From Tubulanus polymorphus (Eukaryota > Animalia > Nemertea), in contig NC_134034.1 in assembly GCF_964204645.1 (NCBI RefSeq), positions 13,157,062-13,221,061 on the forward strand: DNA of 64,000 bases, in the 5' to 3' direction. Of this stretch, positions 50,956-64,000 are shown piece after piece. Both the position numbers and the translations under genes were made by a program. Within the stretch, counting starts at the first letter, position 1; every line of letters starts with the position of its first letter. The notes beneath the pieces are model-generated. The model saw only the letters and a program-made list of their open reading frames with translations, made no database searches and had not been told where the DNA came from.

Positions 50956-52127
50956 ATAATAATGTCTAGACTCCTGAATGATGTAACTGCCGCTTAATGG
51001 TGTTCATTTAGTCCTTCGGGTAAACATCGGGTACGATTTGTATCGCTCTATATTTTTTTTTCGGTAAAGCCTTTTTTGACGGATACTCTTCGCTCCGACA
51101 TTCCAACGCGGATAATGCAATAAAAGTGATGTATGTGGCCGCGCGTCATAGACAACTTTGCGAGTTCATTATCGGATTGATATCGACGAGATGCGCAGTC
51201 GTTGATTTTACGGTTTGCATTATTGGGTCCCAGTATAAAACCGTCGTCTAGAAGCGCGGGTTTAAATAGCAGTCATAATTCATTTCTTTTCAAGACAAAA
51301 ATTTGAATTAACGCGCTATCGTTCCTAGCGTTTATCGGTTTGTGTGGATAAATGCATGCATCTAGACTATATCGTAAACACGTCGAAAATAAATTTGCTG
51401 CATATTTCTGACATTAATGTATTGTTCGGTTTTAGCAGTTTTAGCGTGCGATTAGTTTGTAAGGCATCCTCGCTTGCCGGTGTCAATGCTTCCCCTCATT
51501 GCAATAGATCTCGTTCGGGCTTGGATTAGGGTCAGCTGCCCGATTATGACTCTCAACACTAAATCCGTCAATCTATTGTAAGGGGCCATCTATGACATCG
51601 GGGGCATCTGATCCTAGGACACAGGGACAGGGCGCGGTCACCTCCCATTTCAGCTCAAACAACCCATATTGTCAAGTAAGTATCACTCCTTAAGCATATT
51701 ACATCTGACTGACTAAACCCTTGCGGATTATCATAAGTCTCCAAGGGTTGACTTGTCTATACACTCCGTGTGTGTATAGTTTGTTCGTTGATAAATTGAA
51801 TTGAAGTGGAGGAAAATTCCTTTCATTTGAAATGTAGTTGAAATCGAAGTATGGATAATTCAACCGCGGGTATTACTTCAAGCAACATCTCGTGGATCCT
51901 CACTTGCCACAAAATATGGAATCCTCGATGCCACGGCAGCAATGGCATACACGAATGCGGCGTCGAAGACCTTCTAATCATAATAGGGAAGTTTTAGGTT
52001 AACAGGTGACAAATTGAGGCGGTCCCGCGGGTCTCGCATTGTTGGACAGATTCTAACATTTTCGCCTTTTTACTACACTAAAACCAGCGTGTTATATTGC
52101 CTTCATTTTCCCTCTTGTCACTATTTA

Positions 52128-52348
52128 GGCTAAAAAAATTGATACCTTGTTTCTCCGCTCTGCTGAGCTTAAATGTTGACCCGGCCGGCCGCCTATCTAC
52201 CCTATACATTACTTTTTTTTTTAAATCGTGATCAATTTTACCATAACAGACCCGGCCGCTATAGAAATGAACTGTTTATGAATTTTATCATATCTTACAA
52301 AAATGACCCGGCCACTGCGGAGAAACAAGGTATCATTTTTGTTTAGCC
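52128..52348. mobile_element. PIF/Harbinger-type MITE with TTA target duplication
   Basis: ~31-bp TIRs GGCTAAAAAAATTGATACCTTGTTTCTCCGC / GCGGAGAAACAAGGTATCATTTTTGTTTAGCC, with TTA on both flanks. Confidence 0.82.
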
Positions 52349-53266
52349 TTAGTGACGTTGTTTACACTCCTCCTACCGATACTACACGCGCGTCGCAATT
52401 TCTTCACTCTTTAACGAAACTGAAGTTCCCATTAAACAGCAGCATTCATTGCGTCGTTATAGACGAAAAACCGGGCCATTGAGACTCCTAAATCTCTATT
52501 AGTGGACGTGTATGGAATGGCAGTAGTTCGTCAACAGATATCGGATCGAAACTATGTATCATATTATGCTGGCTGATTTGGGCCACAAAAGGGATTTTTA
52601 TATTTTACATTGGGTCCTGAAATCTATAAGGTTTCTTTTCAGCCGGTGTCGAAATAAACTTATTTTTCATCACAACTCAGCACTGACAGCCAGCTGTCTA
52701 CTCATCACAACTCAGCACTGACAGCCAGCTCTGTCTATTCACGCACTCGGCGTAGAGCAATACGGTTAAGCAAATACGCTTTAGATTTGACCAAATATGA
52801 ACCCGCGACTGACGCTGATGGATTTCTGAAGTTATCTTCGTCGTCGTCGTCGACTCGAGAATAGTCTTTACTCGGTCGTCGAGAGTATATATTGCACTCA
52901 CGGCGGCCGGTGCAGTATTGAACCCGTCAATATTTAAGCTGATGGGTCTCGCGCTGCTGACAGATATTGCCGGTGTAGTGCCGATATTTTATGTGGTGCT
53001 ATCGGTTTTAATACACAGGACACGTCTATACGTGATTAAACTCGGCCGCAGTTCGGGGTTTCGTGAGTGTGACTTGCGGTGATGGGTAATCAATATACTG
53101 GTTAATTGGGTTCCAGCAATCGAGCTCTTCACTTCTGACGGGTCGGGGCCTGTTATTTAAGCTGCGCTGTTAGTAGAACTTGTGTATCCCGGGATTCTGG
53201 TGTCGCTAGGTGCAGCAGGAAAAATGACCCTTATGAAAACGACTTGTAACAAGCGAGGATCCACCA

Positions 53267-53316
53267 GGTAGGATGCTTTCTACGAACGAGACCCGGGTTC
53301 GATCCCCGGTGAGTGC
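53267..53316 (+). other. tRNA-like fragment (T arm and 3' half), pseudo-tRNA or SINE head remnant
   Basis: GACCCGGGTTCGATCCCCGG forms a canonical T arm; the 5' acceptor strand is missing. Confidence 0.4.
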
Positions 53317-55703
53317 GCGTTATTTCACTGTCACTTCTCTTAATCGTTACTGGGACCTGTGGAAGCAGCGATCTTTTTCTGAATGTCTTCAGAGCAACAA
53401 AAAAAAACAGTCCGATCCGTCTCGAACGGCGAAGACGGTCCGTTGCGTTCAGCAGACCTCGGTAGACCTAAAGATCTTGAAATCTAGAATCTAAATCTTG
53501 CCTCGTAGTTGATGGATTACTGTTTACCGCGTAACAGATCGTGCTCAATGACATTAACGTTAAGACGCTCGTTACGCTGAAGAGCTCGACTGTTACGCCC
53601 AGAGATTAAAATAAAGATGCGAAATTAATGTAAACTGAATGAGAACGCTACAAAATCCCGTGCGACGAGGCTAATTACCATGGTTACATCAAATGAATTG
53701 CCAATTAGCCGATTCGTTTAATTAATTATTAATAAATCGAATTACTCCGGGAATTCGGCAGTGTTACGAGGGGATTCGCGGAAACATCCATCATTTTTTT
53801 TTCTTGATAGAGGTCACGTTAGGGGTATCAGAGGCACAGGGAGATTTATGGAGGCAGCAATTTTTTCTTCAGAAAAAGTCTCCATGGTGTCATATGGGGG
53901 ATTTCGTGGATGCAGCCATCTTTTCGGGAAGTCATTTAATGATGTCATAGGGGGATTTATGGGGGCTGGTGCACTGCATGGATGCTTTGAAGGAGCGCGT
54001 CCAGAAATCACGCTTATTGTCTGTCCTTTGCCATCATTCTAGCACACATATTATTAGACAAGCGCTGGAAATAAGCAATTATTTTGGGTTTTCTCGCTGC
54101 TGTCTATCCATCCTCGCCTGCCAGGGGTCCGGTATCGCTACCGGAACTCGCTTCCACCAGCGAGGAACGGCTTCAGCTTAGCGAGTTCGGGCGTGAAGAT
54201 GTTGTCTATATCGGGAACCGTCGCCGACGACGCCGTGTGTGACTGACGGAGCAGACGTGGATATCGCGCGCGCCTGATGAATATTCGATACCACCGGAAA
54301 ACTGTCGTGATAATCGAATAACGCACCGGCATCATCCTCACTTGCCAGTGTTAGGTGTTTTTTGTGCCGACGCTGATTATTCGTACGAACGGTAACATAT
54401 TCTTATCGGGGGGCGATGTTCGGACAAGTCGTGACGATTATTCGGCCGCGGTTGGGTTCGATAAGATGTGCGGAGAGATTGAATATCGCATCAAATATTT
54501 AGAAGATTAGACCAACAGCTTTACCGGATTGCGGTTTGCATCCGGTGGAAGGTTTTTCTACGGCTTCTCGGTTTCTATTACCGTCTGCGCGTGATCACAA
54601 ACCACCGGCAGAAAATCTACTGCGACGACGCATTTCACATAACATGAAAGTTTCCCCGCCATTCTATCACTCCGACTCGACGACCCGATATTTCTGCAAT
54701 TCGATGAGATTCCTAAAGATGTCTATTACTTTTAAATGGCGACATTTGCGAGCATGTGATCTAATGGGGAGCCCGCAACACCAGCTATCCCTATAGATGG
54801 CGTGACGAGCACTCGGTCGTCCGTTGTCGAAATCAGTTTTAACCGGATTTTAAGACTCCCGAATCCGTACATTATATATCACAGCTTCCGATAATTCTTG
54901 TACTCGAATATCGGTTTAGTTTTCATGAATAATTGAAAATAGTTATGTTGAATCTCGGATAACAAAATGAACGCCAAAATTCACAATATTGTAATTGTTA
55001 TTTCGAAACGCTAATATTGATGACGTAGCGCACATCAACACTGACACAGAACCCCTTAAATAACACATACTATAGGTATCACTGTATGTAAACATTGTAA
55101 CGGTTTTAATGGCGTTAAAAAAGCATTTGTTTCTACAAAGCAAATTGAACAACTAAATCAAGGATTTACTCCAATCCTCTTCCAATTCCCTTTCGCGGTG
55201 TCTGACAAGAAATACTCATCTTGATATTTATGAAAACGATTCGGATATTTCCGCCGGCAGACGAATCGAAATAAATCACTCTCGACTGCTTTCGTTGTCA
55301 CTCGCGCGCGGCGGTTTGTTTTGTTCGCCGTGTCGCGGAGACGATCTGAACATAATTAGTTTCTCCTCTCCCCCTGTCGACCGATTAGTCTGTTGGCCGA
55401 TTAATAACCCCCCCCCCCCCCAAACAAACAAACGCCCCGTCAATCGATTAGTTTCTCATCCCCTCCTCCCCGCCGAGCGACTTTCATCAGTTCTAAACGC
55501 CCTCGATCAATCGTCTAATCTTTTTTATTAACTTCGTGTCAACGACGAGTTTTATATCGTGTTAACACTGCCGCAGCGGGTTCTGCACCGGAGTCGCTAC
55601 ATATACGAGTTCAAGTCCATTATTTCTAGGAGAAAAAGATGTGTAACGAAATCTAAAAAAAAACACAAGATTATATGACGTATGAAATCATGCACAATTA
55701 CGC

Positions 55704-55820
<117 letters not shown>

Positions 55821-57641
55821 CGTTCTGTTCTGTGCGCTTCACGCAAAGCTTTCAGTAGATATATATATATATATAGCTAGGCAGCTATATTTTCCCACTA
55901 AACTAACCACAATTCAAATCTGTATCGATTGCTGTTTCGGTGTCTGACAGAAATTACTTATGGGCGCATTTTTCATCGAAATAATGAAAATGAATTATAT
56001 TTGTGGGAAAACATTATGCGCTTAACCGCCCTTTGTTCAAATGTTAGATTCGCACTTGATTCGGTCAAACTTATTGCAACGAAACCAACATTTAATTCAT
56101 TTATCCACAGATGATACTCTCAATCGAGGACCCTTCGTCAAGTACCGTCCCCGGAATTAGGTACGTTGCGATGGATTCGGCTTTATTGTGTCGTGCCGTA
56201 TCTGCTAGGCGGCGTAACTAGTACCACGTATGATGTACGTGACTTGTGTCGCACGTGTTGCGCGAGAAGTGTCACAGTAGTGTTTTAGATCGCTGTACTA
56301 TCACTGCACTGCGCATTTGATGGCAATACGCCAGCCGCGCGCACGCTCGCCGACACTAGCTAACGGTTCCGGACCGTCTCACTGGTTTTAGATAGAGCCC
56401 CTGACAGGATTACACATACAAACACGTGTTACTGGTTTATTTATCGTCCGTAAGTAATTAAACGCAATAGATAGGGGGATTCGTCGAAATTGATAGGGGA
56501 TTAGCAATTGACAGGGGATTTGTTTTTATTTGAATGTATTTATTCCGCTCGGTATTTGTGTCATTTAGTGTTTTATACGTTAGGTGTAGAGAGGACTAGA
56601 TAATGTTTCTGACTAAGGTAACGCGTTATTTGTGTTTCATCGATAGATAATGCAAACCTTGCTACGATGACTAATTGAGAATTATTGCGACTCGTTTGAA
56701 GAGATCTATTATTCGTTAAAAAAAATATAAAAATATAATGATACTCTCAAAATCGGAACATTTTTTTTTGCATGTTAAATACTATCTTTTATATAAGAAT
56801 ACTTTGATTTTTGTTGAAAACAACTGCGATTTTAGAGATATATCAGGTGATCAGTTCTTAATAATGGCCTTAATTACTCTTTTTTAATTACGACCCCAAT
56901 CTAAAAATGACGAATACTGAAACATTCTTTCCGGATTATTTTCTTCCGAAATTGTTGCTTTTCTAAACGTCGTTTATCTGCGAATTAAGAACCACTCCGA
57001 TTTTCGACTTACATCAGTTTTTTTTTAGGGTGCGACGCTCTGACCCCTGCATGCAATCGACCAACTGTTTCTGATATTCAGTATTTTGTAACCATTTTGT
57101 CACGAGAAAACTGATTACTGATTCGTTTGACGCGAAATGATACAGAAATGTGAACTGAGTGTTACTGTGCGTCTTTTATTGAATAATTTGAACATTTATA
57201 CTTCATATTTATACGAAATGTTCCGGCACCCGTCCAAGTGTTTGGCCTCGCTGGATCCATATAGTTCCACTGTTTGTGATTTAGAATTCACTCTAAGTTC
57301 AAGCGAGTTCATTTTCAACGAGAAGTTTAATTTTCACCTCTGACCTGGTGAATTGTAATCGATGGTCGCTATTATCGTGGTATATGATTATATAATACCT
57401 TTCAAAAATGAAAACATATTCCACGCTGGAATCAGTAAACTGAAACCTCTTATCCTGAGAAAACCAGTCCGGTATTCCTGTCCGTCTTACTCGTAGTCCC
57501 TACGACTCCTTACTGCTCCTTCAAAACACGGAAAGTACGTTTAAAGATGCTTGAAAATCCTTCGAGCAAAACGCCCGAAACCCTTTTAAAACTCCTTCAC
57601 TTTTTTAAGAATAGGTTATTAGAAACGTTTGTATAGTTGTA

Positions 57642-57817
57642 CAGTTAGACTACGCCTAAATCGGTACAGTTAGGACATGGATTTTTTTTACCTAATTAGG
57701 CGGTTACCAAAATAGAAATCGAGCTCAGTAGCGCTTTAGATAAAAATTGCTTACAAAACCACCGAATTAATCATGGTTTACTGAGATCAGCAGTACCGAT
57801 TTAGAAGGAGCCTACTG
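57642..57817. mobile_element. Tc1/pogo-type MITE
   Basis: TA-CAGTTAGACTACGCCTAAATCGGTAC ... GTACCGATTTAGAAGGAGCCTACTG, imperfect ~25-bp TIRs starting CAGT. Confidence 0.55.
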
Positions 57818-58277
57818 TTTAATGTGGGTTTGGTAGTGATGCTTCGAATTTGTCTCCTTGATAACTCCTTATATCCATGAATGACTGCTCTGTTAGGGAT
57901 CCTATATTATACTGTATTATGATAGCGAGAAAACGCATTTTAAGGTTTCGTTTATGCGTATGAAAATTTCCTTTACGCGTCGCAAATAGACCACCATAAA
58001 TATTAATGTACCAGGTACGTACTAGCTTTTTAAAAATTTATCAGACCATCACGACGAGCATCATCCATCATAATTAGGTATGGACTGGTAAAACGACTGT
58101 GTCTCTATCGGCAATGGGACAATTTAACTCTGATGAACGTTGTTGTTGCTGACTCACGCGGCGTGGAGAAAATTCGTATGGGTTCGTTTTAAACTTGGTT
58201 GATGGGGTCGGAATTTTGGAAACTTCGGTGTCAAAAATTTCGGAAGATTTATGCCTAGATTGATTCCCATCGATCGG

Positions 58278-58633
58278 CATCGTCCCCGGCAGACATTCGA
58301 ACCTGGTGATATCGAGACTCATGTACGTACGAAACCCTGCCACACTTGACCGAGTGCGCAGCTTAGATGATGTCATTGTTAGCCAATCAGAGATCCCGTT
58401 CTATTTTATCCAGGGGTATCAATTGATAGTTTATCTGCGGAATTTGCCTCAGCCATTATACAACGGGCAATCCGATTGGTGCCTCGTGTTTTCGTGCGGC
58501 AAACCTCCGCGCATCATGTACCTGCGCACCCGGTTTTAGTGTGGCAATGTTTCGTGCCGTGGCTGAGTCTAAAGCGATGCCATCCGTTCCCCACCAGGCG
58601 CCATCAGGTTCGAATCCCTGCTGGGAAAGGATG
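58278..58633. mobile_element. MITE-like family A copy
   Basis: Collinear with 19873-20210; ends ccatcaggttcgaatccctgctgggaaaggatg. Confidence 0.8.
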
Positions 58634-58969
58634 ATTGATCGAGGATAAGTGTGAACAAATTTGTATATGCATATGCGTGTATTATATTCGTTGTTATAGT
58701 TAGAAGTATAACGTTAAAGCTCAGGCCTGCAGTTTAAAAATAAAAATCGAATTGGGAGCGTCATTCGAATGTGGTTGTGTATATAATATATAATACATCT
58801 GTTTCGATACGTTGTACTCGTAATCGGGGATTAACTTCATAGTTCTAACCGTGAAGGACTCGCTATTGAGTCGATAGTTTTGTTTGTTCTAACAGATATT
58901 TCTGATAACCCGCACCGTGAGGGCTTTTTCCTTTTGTAACACGAATGCTTATCGGTAGCCGGTAGGAGG

Positions 58970-59141
58970 CTTAAGTCACGACTGTGCAACTAGCCCCTGG
59001 GGCCGGTTGCATAGTCATGGCTTAGACCTAAGACCAGTCTAAGGCCAACTTAGTTCTATAGCCAATCTAACAACTTAAGACCGGTCCAAAGAGTTAAGAC
59101 TACTTTTGGACTTAAGTCACGAACGACTGTGCAACTAGCCC
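58970..59141 (-). mobile_element. MITE family B (59000-59141) with CTG target duplication, plus a terminal fragment at 58970-58996
   Basis: ctg-GGGCCGGTTGC...GCAACTAGCCC-ctg. Confidence 0.82.
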
Positions 59142-62100
59142 CTGGGTCAGTTGCTCAAAACTTGATCGGATGATAACCGGCGTAAAAAAGGCCTACCTTA
59201 GTAACAATGAACTTTTCGTTGTCACCGTGTTAACTATCCACAGGTTAACTCATATAAAATCGATTGTCAACCAACTTTCCAGATTTTTTCGGGGGTCACG
59301 CTGAGACCTAAGATGTAGAAATATCGTGAGATAATAAGCCTCATCAATATTGAAGTAGACGTTGCGTATTTTTTTGTTGGCTTTTCATTTCCACAAAAAT
59401 TAGTTCAATCAGGTCGCATTCTGATGAAACAAAAAGAACCGTCATGACAGTCTGTGTCGATTGCTCTCGACGTAATTAAAGCTAATTAAGATTGCATCGA
59501 TGTGTATCGTCGCGCATGCGCTGTACGCATGAGCTGTGAGCAATCGACTGCGGCAAGCGAGGTATTCCGTGCAATTATCGATCGTCGGTATAGCCTATGT
59601 AATTACACCTTCCGAACTGTTTTAATCTATTAGGCAGTTAATTACGCGCGCAGTCTTGATTAACCCGTTAATTGGTGTTAATTAGCTCAAGTGCGGCTAT
59701 TAGCATTGTCGACATCGTTTTTAATCTGCATCTCAGTCTGTCAGTCAAACTCATATTTCGGATAACATTGCTGTATTATTTTTGTCACACATGAACGGTG
59801 TCGTGTAATCTTGGATAGATATTAGCCTTGACTATCAACTATCAACTATCCAAAATACAATAGAATTTCGAAAATATACTTTTGTGAGCAATAGAATATA
59901 TAATATATTCTATTCGGCCTGTCAGTCAGCCAGTCAGCCAGCCTGTCAGCCAGCCAGTCTTTCAGGGTTCGAATGTTTAAACCTTGGCAGTAGCAGCCAA
60001 ACGGCGAAGTTTTATACGTACTCGTAAACGCATGAAGCTATAAGCGAGTGGAGCAAAAAATATTATTGCGATTTTTAAGAGTCATTTGTCTCGATATGAG
60101 CGCGTTCGAGTGGTCACCAGACAGCTCAATCCGGGCTCTAGTCTTATCATAAACACTTATCTGAAATATCAATATCAGATATAGCTCAGATATCACAGCC
60201 AGTTTTACAATATTATTCCGGTATAATCTAGAACGGTGTGACCTCCTTACTTCTCTATTAGTCATCCGTTTAATCGAATGGAAGTTTTCAGGAGGCAAAG
60301 TTAAAGCTTTCCTCGCCGGATTTTTTTTCGGGTTTAATTATGGAATGAAAAATATGCTCAAAATTTCACCATTTTGTAAACAAAAATCTTGTTGAGAAAA
60401 TGCCAAAGTCGATCGGTCGTAAAACGGGGGTCTGCAACTGTTTGGTGAGCGCGTTGAGAGCTGGATCGGAGTGTACACGTGATAGGAGTGTAGCAAACAG
60501 ACGAGTCGAGGAAATGCGTCCTTGACTCCATGGACTCTAATCTGTTTAGAGTCCGAATCCATTTCTATTGCAGCTGTAACGAATAGTTATAACGTTTGAT
60601 TACATTCAAATATCTAAAAAGCATTCGACCGTCATCTGCGTTGTTGCGGATATATCAAGTGGTCACTAATTGAAGCACTTGACACCAGATGTCACCTGCG
60701 TGTTGTGTGTTGCGTGTGTGACAATTAGCCCGGATAAAAATTGGCACTACCACCAGTACTACTGAAGTTCAACTCATTAGCCCGGTTTTTGTTACGAAGC
60801 AGATATCTCAAATATCGGGTGAACTAATGTACGCTAAATGCCGCATATCTGATAGTGAATCGAAACCGATATTCTAATCTTCGTGAAAATAAAAATAACG
60901 AATAATTGATTGTCGTGGATGGCAACAAGGGCTGGCAGTCTGGTAGGGTATCGTGCCGTGGCCGAGTGTAGCGATCGGCGATCAGGTTCGAATCCCTGCC
61001 TGGTGAGGATTGGGGAAAAGCGTACGTTTTCGGAAGGTGTTCGCTGTAGAGATGTGTTCAGAACGGACTGTTTACCTGTACGAATATAACATACTATGCG
61101 CATTAACTGTGAAATAAAAGATGACACCCACATTTATACAATAGGTTTTCAGGGCTTTTATCTATATGTGATATGCGTGTATGTATGACTGGAACATGTG
61201 TTGCGTAATAATTTCATTTTGATGTTATTCAATTTCATATCGATGAAATAATTTGTGGAACAGCTTGTAGTTAAGGGTGAACAAACGAATTTATGATTAT
61301 CCGTTCTCATAATCTAATCGGATCGGTGATTTTAAATCGTGCCGCGGAATATAAACCGTGACTGCAGATTTTGTTTATTGCGTTGAAATTTTGGTTTCCT
61401 GTAACGAAGGAATGCTCGACAATTTCTAATTCGTGTGTATGTTGTTAGGGGCTGTCCACAGGTGAGGGGGTGGGGGTTCATGAATTTTGGAATAAGAAAA
61501 ACCATTAATTCGCATGACTGGATATTTTGATGTCTTTGGCTGCTTTTTTCCGATGGATTAGGGTCTGATTGAGGGAGGGGTGCAACCCCTCCCCCCCCAA
61601 AGAAATAAATAAGGCATGTCATCAAAAGGACGTCCCGTATAAATCTCATTGGAAAACCTGGAAATACAGAAAACATGTTTTATATGAATCCAAATTTTTT
61701 TAGGGAATATTTTTAAAAATCTAAAGGCGATATTTTTAACGGAGTGCGCGCGCACCCCTGGCTCCTCCGCTACTAAACTCCGAGTCAAACTTATTTTTCA
61801 ATTGACATACTTGAATTCTATAAAAATCAAAAATGTTAATTACTGAGCTGCTATAATCATAAAATCAAAACGTAACTCGGAGCCCATTTTATACTGAAAC
61901 GCTCTCAGATCGGAGACCATGGTAACGATCATATATAGGACTGTAAGCAGTAAATTTGAATTTCAAAACATATTGCGAACGATTATTCAAACATTATGCT
62001 TTGCTATATCAATGATATCGTTTTGTTGCCTGTTGAAATCCCTTGCAGCTTCAATAGAAGGGGATATCACATTTCTAGAATATTGAGCGCCTCCCTGCTG

Positions 62101-62179
62101 TCATATTATACCCGTTGAACCGAACGGCGGTCTGCGCGCGGTTATTATAGTTTTTCCGATATAGTTTCCGACAGGTGCG

Positions 62180-62542
62180 AATTTAATTTGACTCAACTAA
62201 GACATAGTTCAACAGTTGTGTATTTTTAATTTGACTCCGGACCCAGTTCCACAGTTGTGTAGGTTTGATTTGACTCCGGATTCAGTTCCACAGTTGTGTG
62301 GGTTTAATTTGACTCTGGACTCAGTTCCACAGTTGTGTGGGTTTAATTTGACTCTGGACTCAGTTCCACAGTTGTGTGGGTTTAATTTGACTCCGGATCT
62401 AGTTCCACAGTTGTGTGTTTTTAATTTGACTCCGGACCCAGTTCCACAGTTGTGTTTATTTGACTCTGGATCCAGTTTAAAAGACGCAAAGCCGACTCTG
62501 TGCGGATCCTTGAATTTTGACCCAGGGATCCAGTTCCACAGT
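62180..62542 (+). repeat. 39-bp minisatellite, about 8 units
   Basis: Period 39, seen as the 13-aa repeat PQLCGFNLTLDSV in the ORF track. Confidence 0.92.
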
Positions 62543-62698
62543 CTTTTGTGTTTCAATTTGGTTCTAGTCCAGGGCTAAATTTGATCGGGAAACTTCATAC
62601 GATCTACGACTCTCGAATAGCCCGCGTGTTCTTTGTACCGTCCAGTCCCTCCACCTAGCGGTCGCGTCATAATCACTGGCTCTTGTTTTATCCTGCAG

Positions 62699-62840
62699 GT
62701 GGTGCATCGGTATAAAACAGAACCAGGAAGTGAATGGAACAACAATAGAAGTAGAAAAACAACAACAACAACAACAGTTGAAGAGGGCGTCGGGGACAAT
62801 TTGAGGCAAAGGAGAAGCATTTCTACGAAATAAATACGAC
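62699..62840 (+). other. Candidate 5'UTR exon (142 nt)
   Basis: Acceptor tcttgttttatcctgcAG at 62697-62698 and donor GTAAGT at 62841; purine-rich interior. Confidence 0.5.
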
Positions 62841-63203
62841 GTAAGTTAAGGACGTTGAGTTAATGTGAATGTAGGGATGATTTGTTGGGGACAAATGAAT
62901 GAAAGCTGATGTATTTTGTTGAAGAAGAGAAAGAAACCACCGAAATTCAATCGATTCATCAGCCTAGGGTTACACCTCTGGCTCTGAAAATGAAAGTGAA
63001 TGAATTATCACCCACCTTTCATTCTTACTGCCCCTCAATTTGGAGATTCAATCTTATCTAATCGTGTAGCCTACTACAGTACACCGGACTGGTTTAAACT
63101 GGACTGTCATTGCAGTTTACTTGACCATTAGACTGCAGTTTAGTCAGTCACTGGACTGTGGTATAGTCAGTCACTGGACTGTGGTTTAGTCAGTCACTGG
63201 ACT

Positions 63204-63207
<4 letters not shown>

Positions 63208-63281
<74 letters not shown>
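63208..63281. repeat. (TA)n microsatellite
   Basis: Directly visible. Confidence 0.95.
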
Positions 63282-63284
<3 letters not shown>

Positions 63285-63607
63285 CTATCATTATATATCA
63301 TCATTATCAATTACTAATATTATTACTTAATTGATTACTATCACTACATATATTGCTATAGTCCCCTATTCTTGAATCGCACCGTAGCGCCCAATAACTG
63401 GCCCAATCAGAATCAAGATGGCTGTGGCCATTTTTGTTATGAACATTTGACTCGGATTTTCTTTCTCAAATATCTACGAAGATTCGCGGAAATTTAGTCT
63501 GAATGGCCCCCATCTTGTCATTTGGACATCCCCTACAAACTCCTGGATCCGCACCTGAAAACCGAATGATAATGAGATTTAAATTTGTGTATATTTCAGG
63601 GCGTAGC

Positions 63608-63650
<43 letters not shown>

Positions 63651-63912
63651 CAGCAATCGAAGTCCGGGCGCAGCGAATTGGATACTAACAACGAACGCGC
63701 GTAGATCTTTCCGGACTGCAATTCTGCCCCGCTGCGGAGACGCGCTTCAAAAATAAACCGAAAATTTCGATTTAAGACCGCTTTCCCGATATCGTCGTGC
63801 TTTGAGCGCACGCTAATTCGAAAAAGGAAATTAAGAATTTCGTCTTAAGATTTTGCGCTTGACCGATCAATCGGGGTCGCATAAAAAAACGTCATCCCTA
63901 GAGGTGTCGCAA

Positions 63913-64000
63913 ATGAGCAACAGCGAGTCGAGCGCCAGCAGTGACTGCGACAAGTTCTCAAACGGCAGCAACATGTCGGACAACAACAGCGACGGTGGCG
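63913..64000 (+). CDS. Probable N-terminus of a glycosylated membrane receptor (possibly a GPCR), truncated by the window end
   Basis: caaATG, then MSNSESSASSDCDKFSNGSNMSDNNSDGG open to the edge. Three N-x-S sequons and GC-rich third positions. Acceptor atttcAG at 63598-63599 would place it in an exon starting at 63600. Confidence 0.5.
   Translation, partial: MSNSESSASSDCDKFSNGSNMSDNNSDGG

Noticed and set aside
62209-62578. Cys-containing 13-aa repeat proteins from the 39-bp repeat
   Set aside because: Open on both strands, present at four unrelated sites with frame-breaking variants, and no gene structure.

Overview
Eukaryotic, repeat-rich and CpG-rich DNA that looks like an invertebrate (probably lophotrochozoan) genome; the taxon is an inference. 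Coding content: (1) the last four exons of a C7orf25/UPF0415 (DUF1308) homologue at 133-4209 (+), with a roughly 450-codon low-complexity insertion; (2) two intronless, convergent class A GPCR genes of the FMRFamide-receptor/srw-like type at 21496-22587 (+) and 31288-32325 (-), which share an unusual R3.39/E6.48 core and lack C3.25; (3) the probable start of a glycosylated receptor-like CDS at 63913 that runs off the window, with candidate 5'UTR exons upstream. The rest is mostly repeats: tRNA-derived SINEs, several MITE families (PIF/Harbinger-type with CWG/TTA target duplications, Tc1/pogo-type, and one family with tRNA-box-like ends that is giving rise to tandem repeats), Penelope-like remnants with minimal hammerhead ribozyme motifs, 39/77/92/110-bp tandem repeats, long microsatellites, and many repeat-borne CTCF-like motifs. 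I found no CRISPR array, rRNA or intact tRNA. All calls were made by eye, without database searches.
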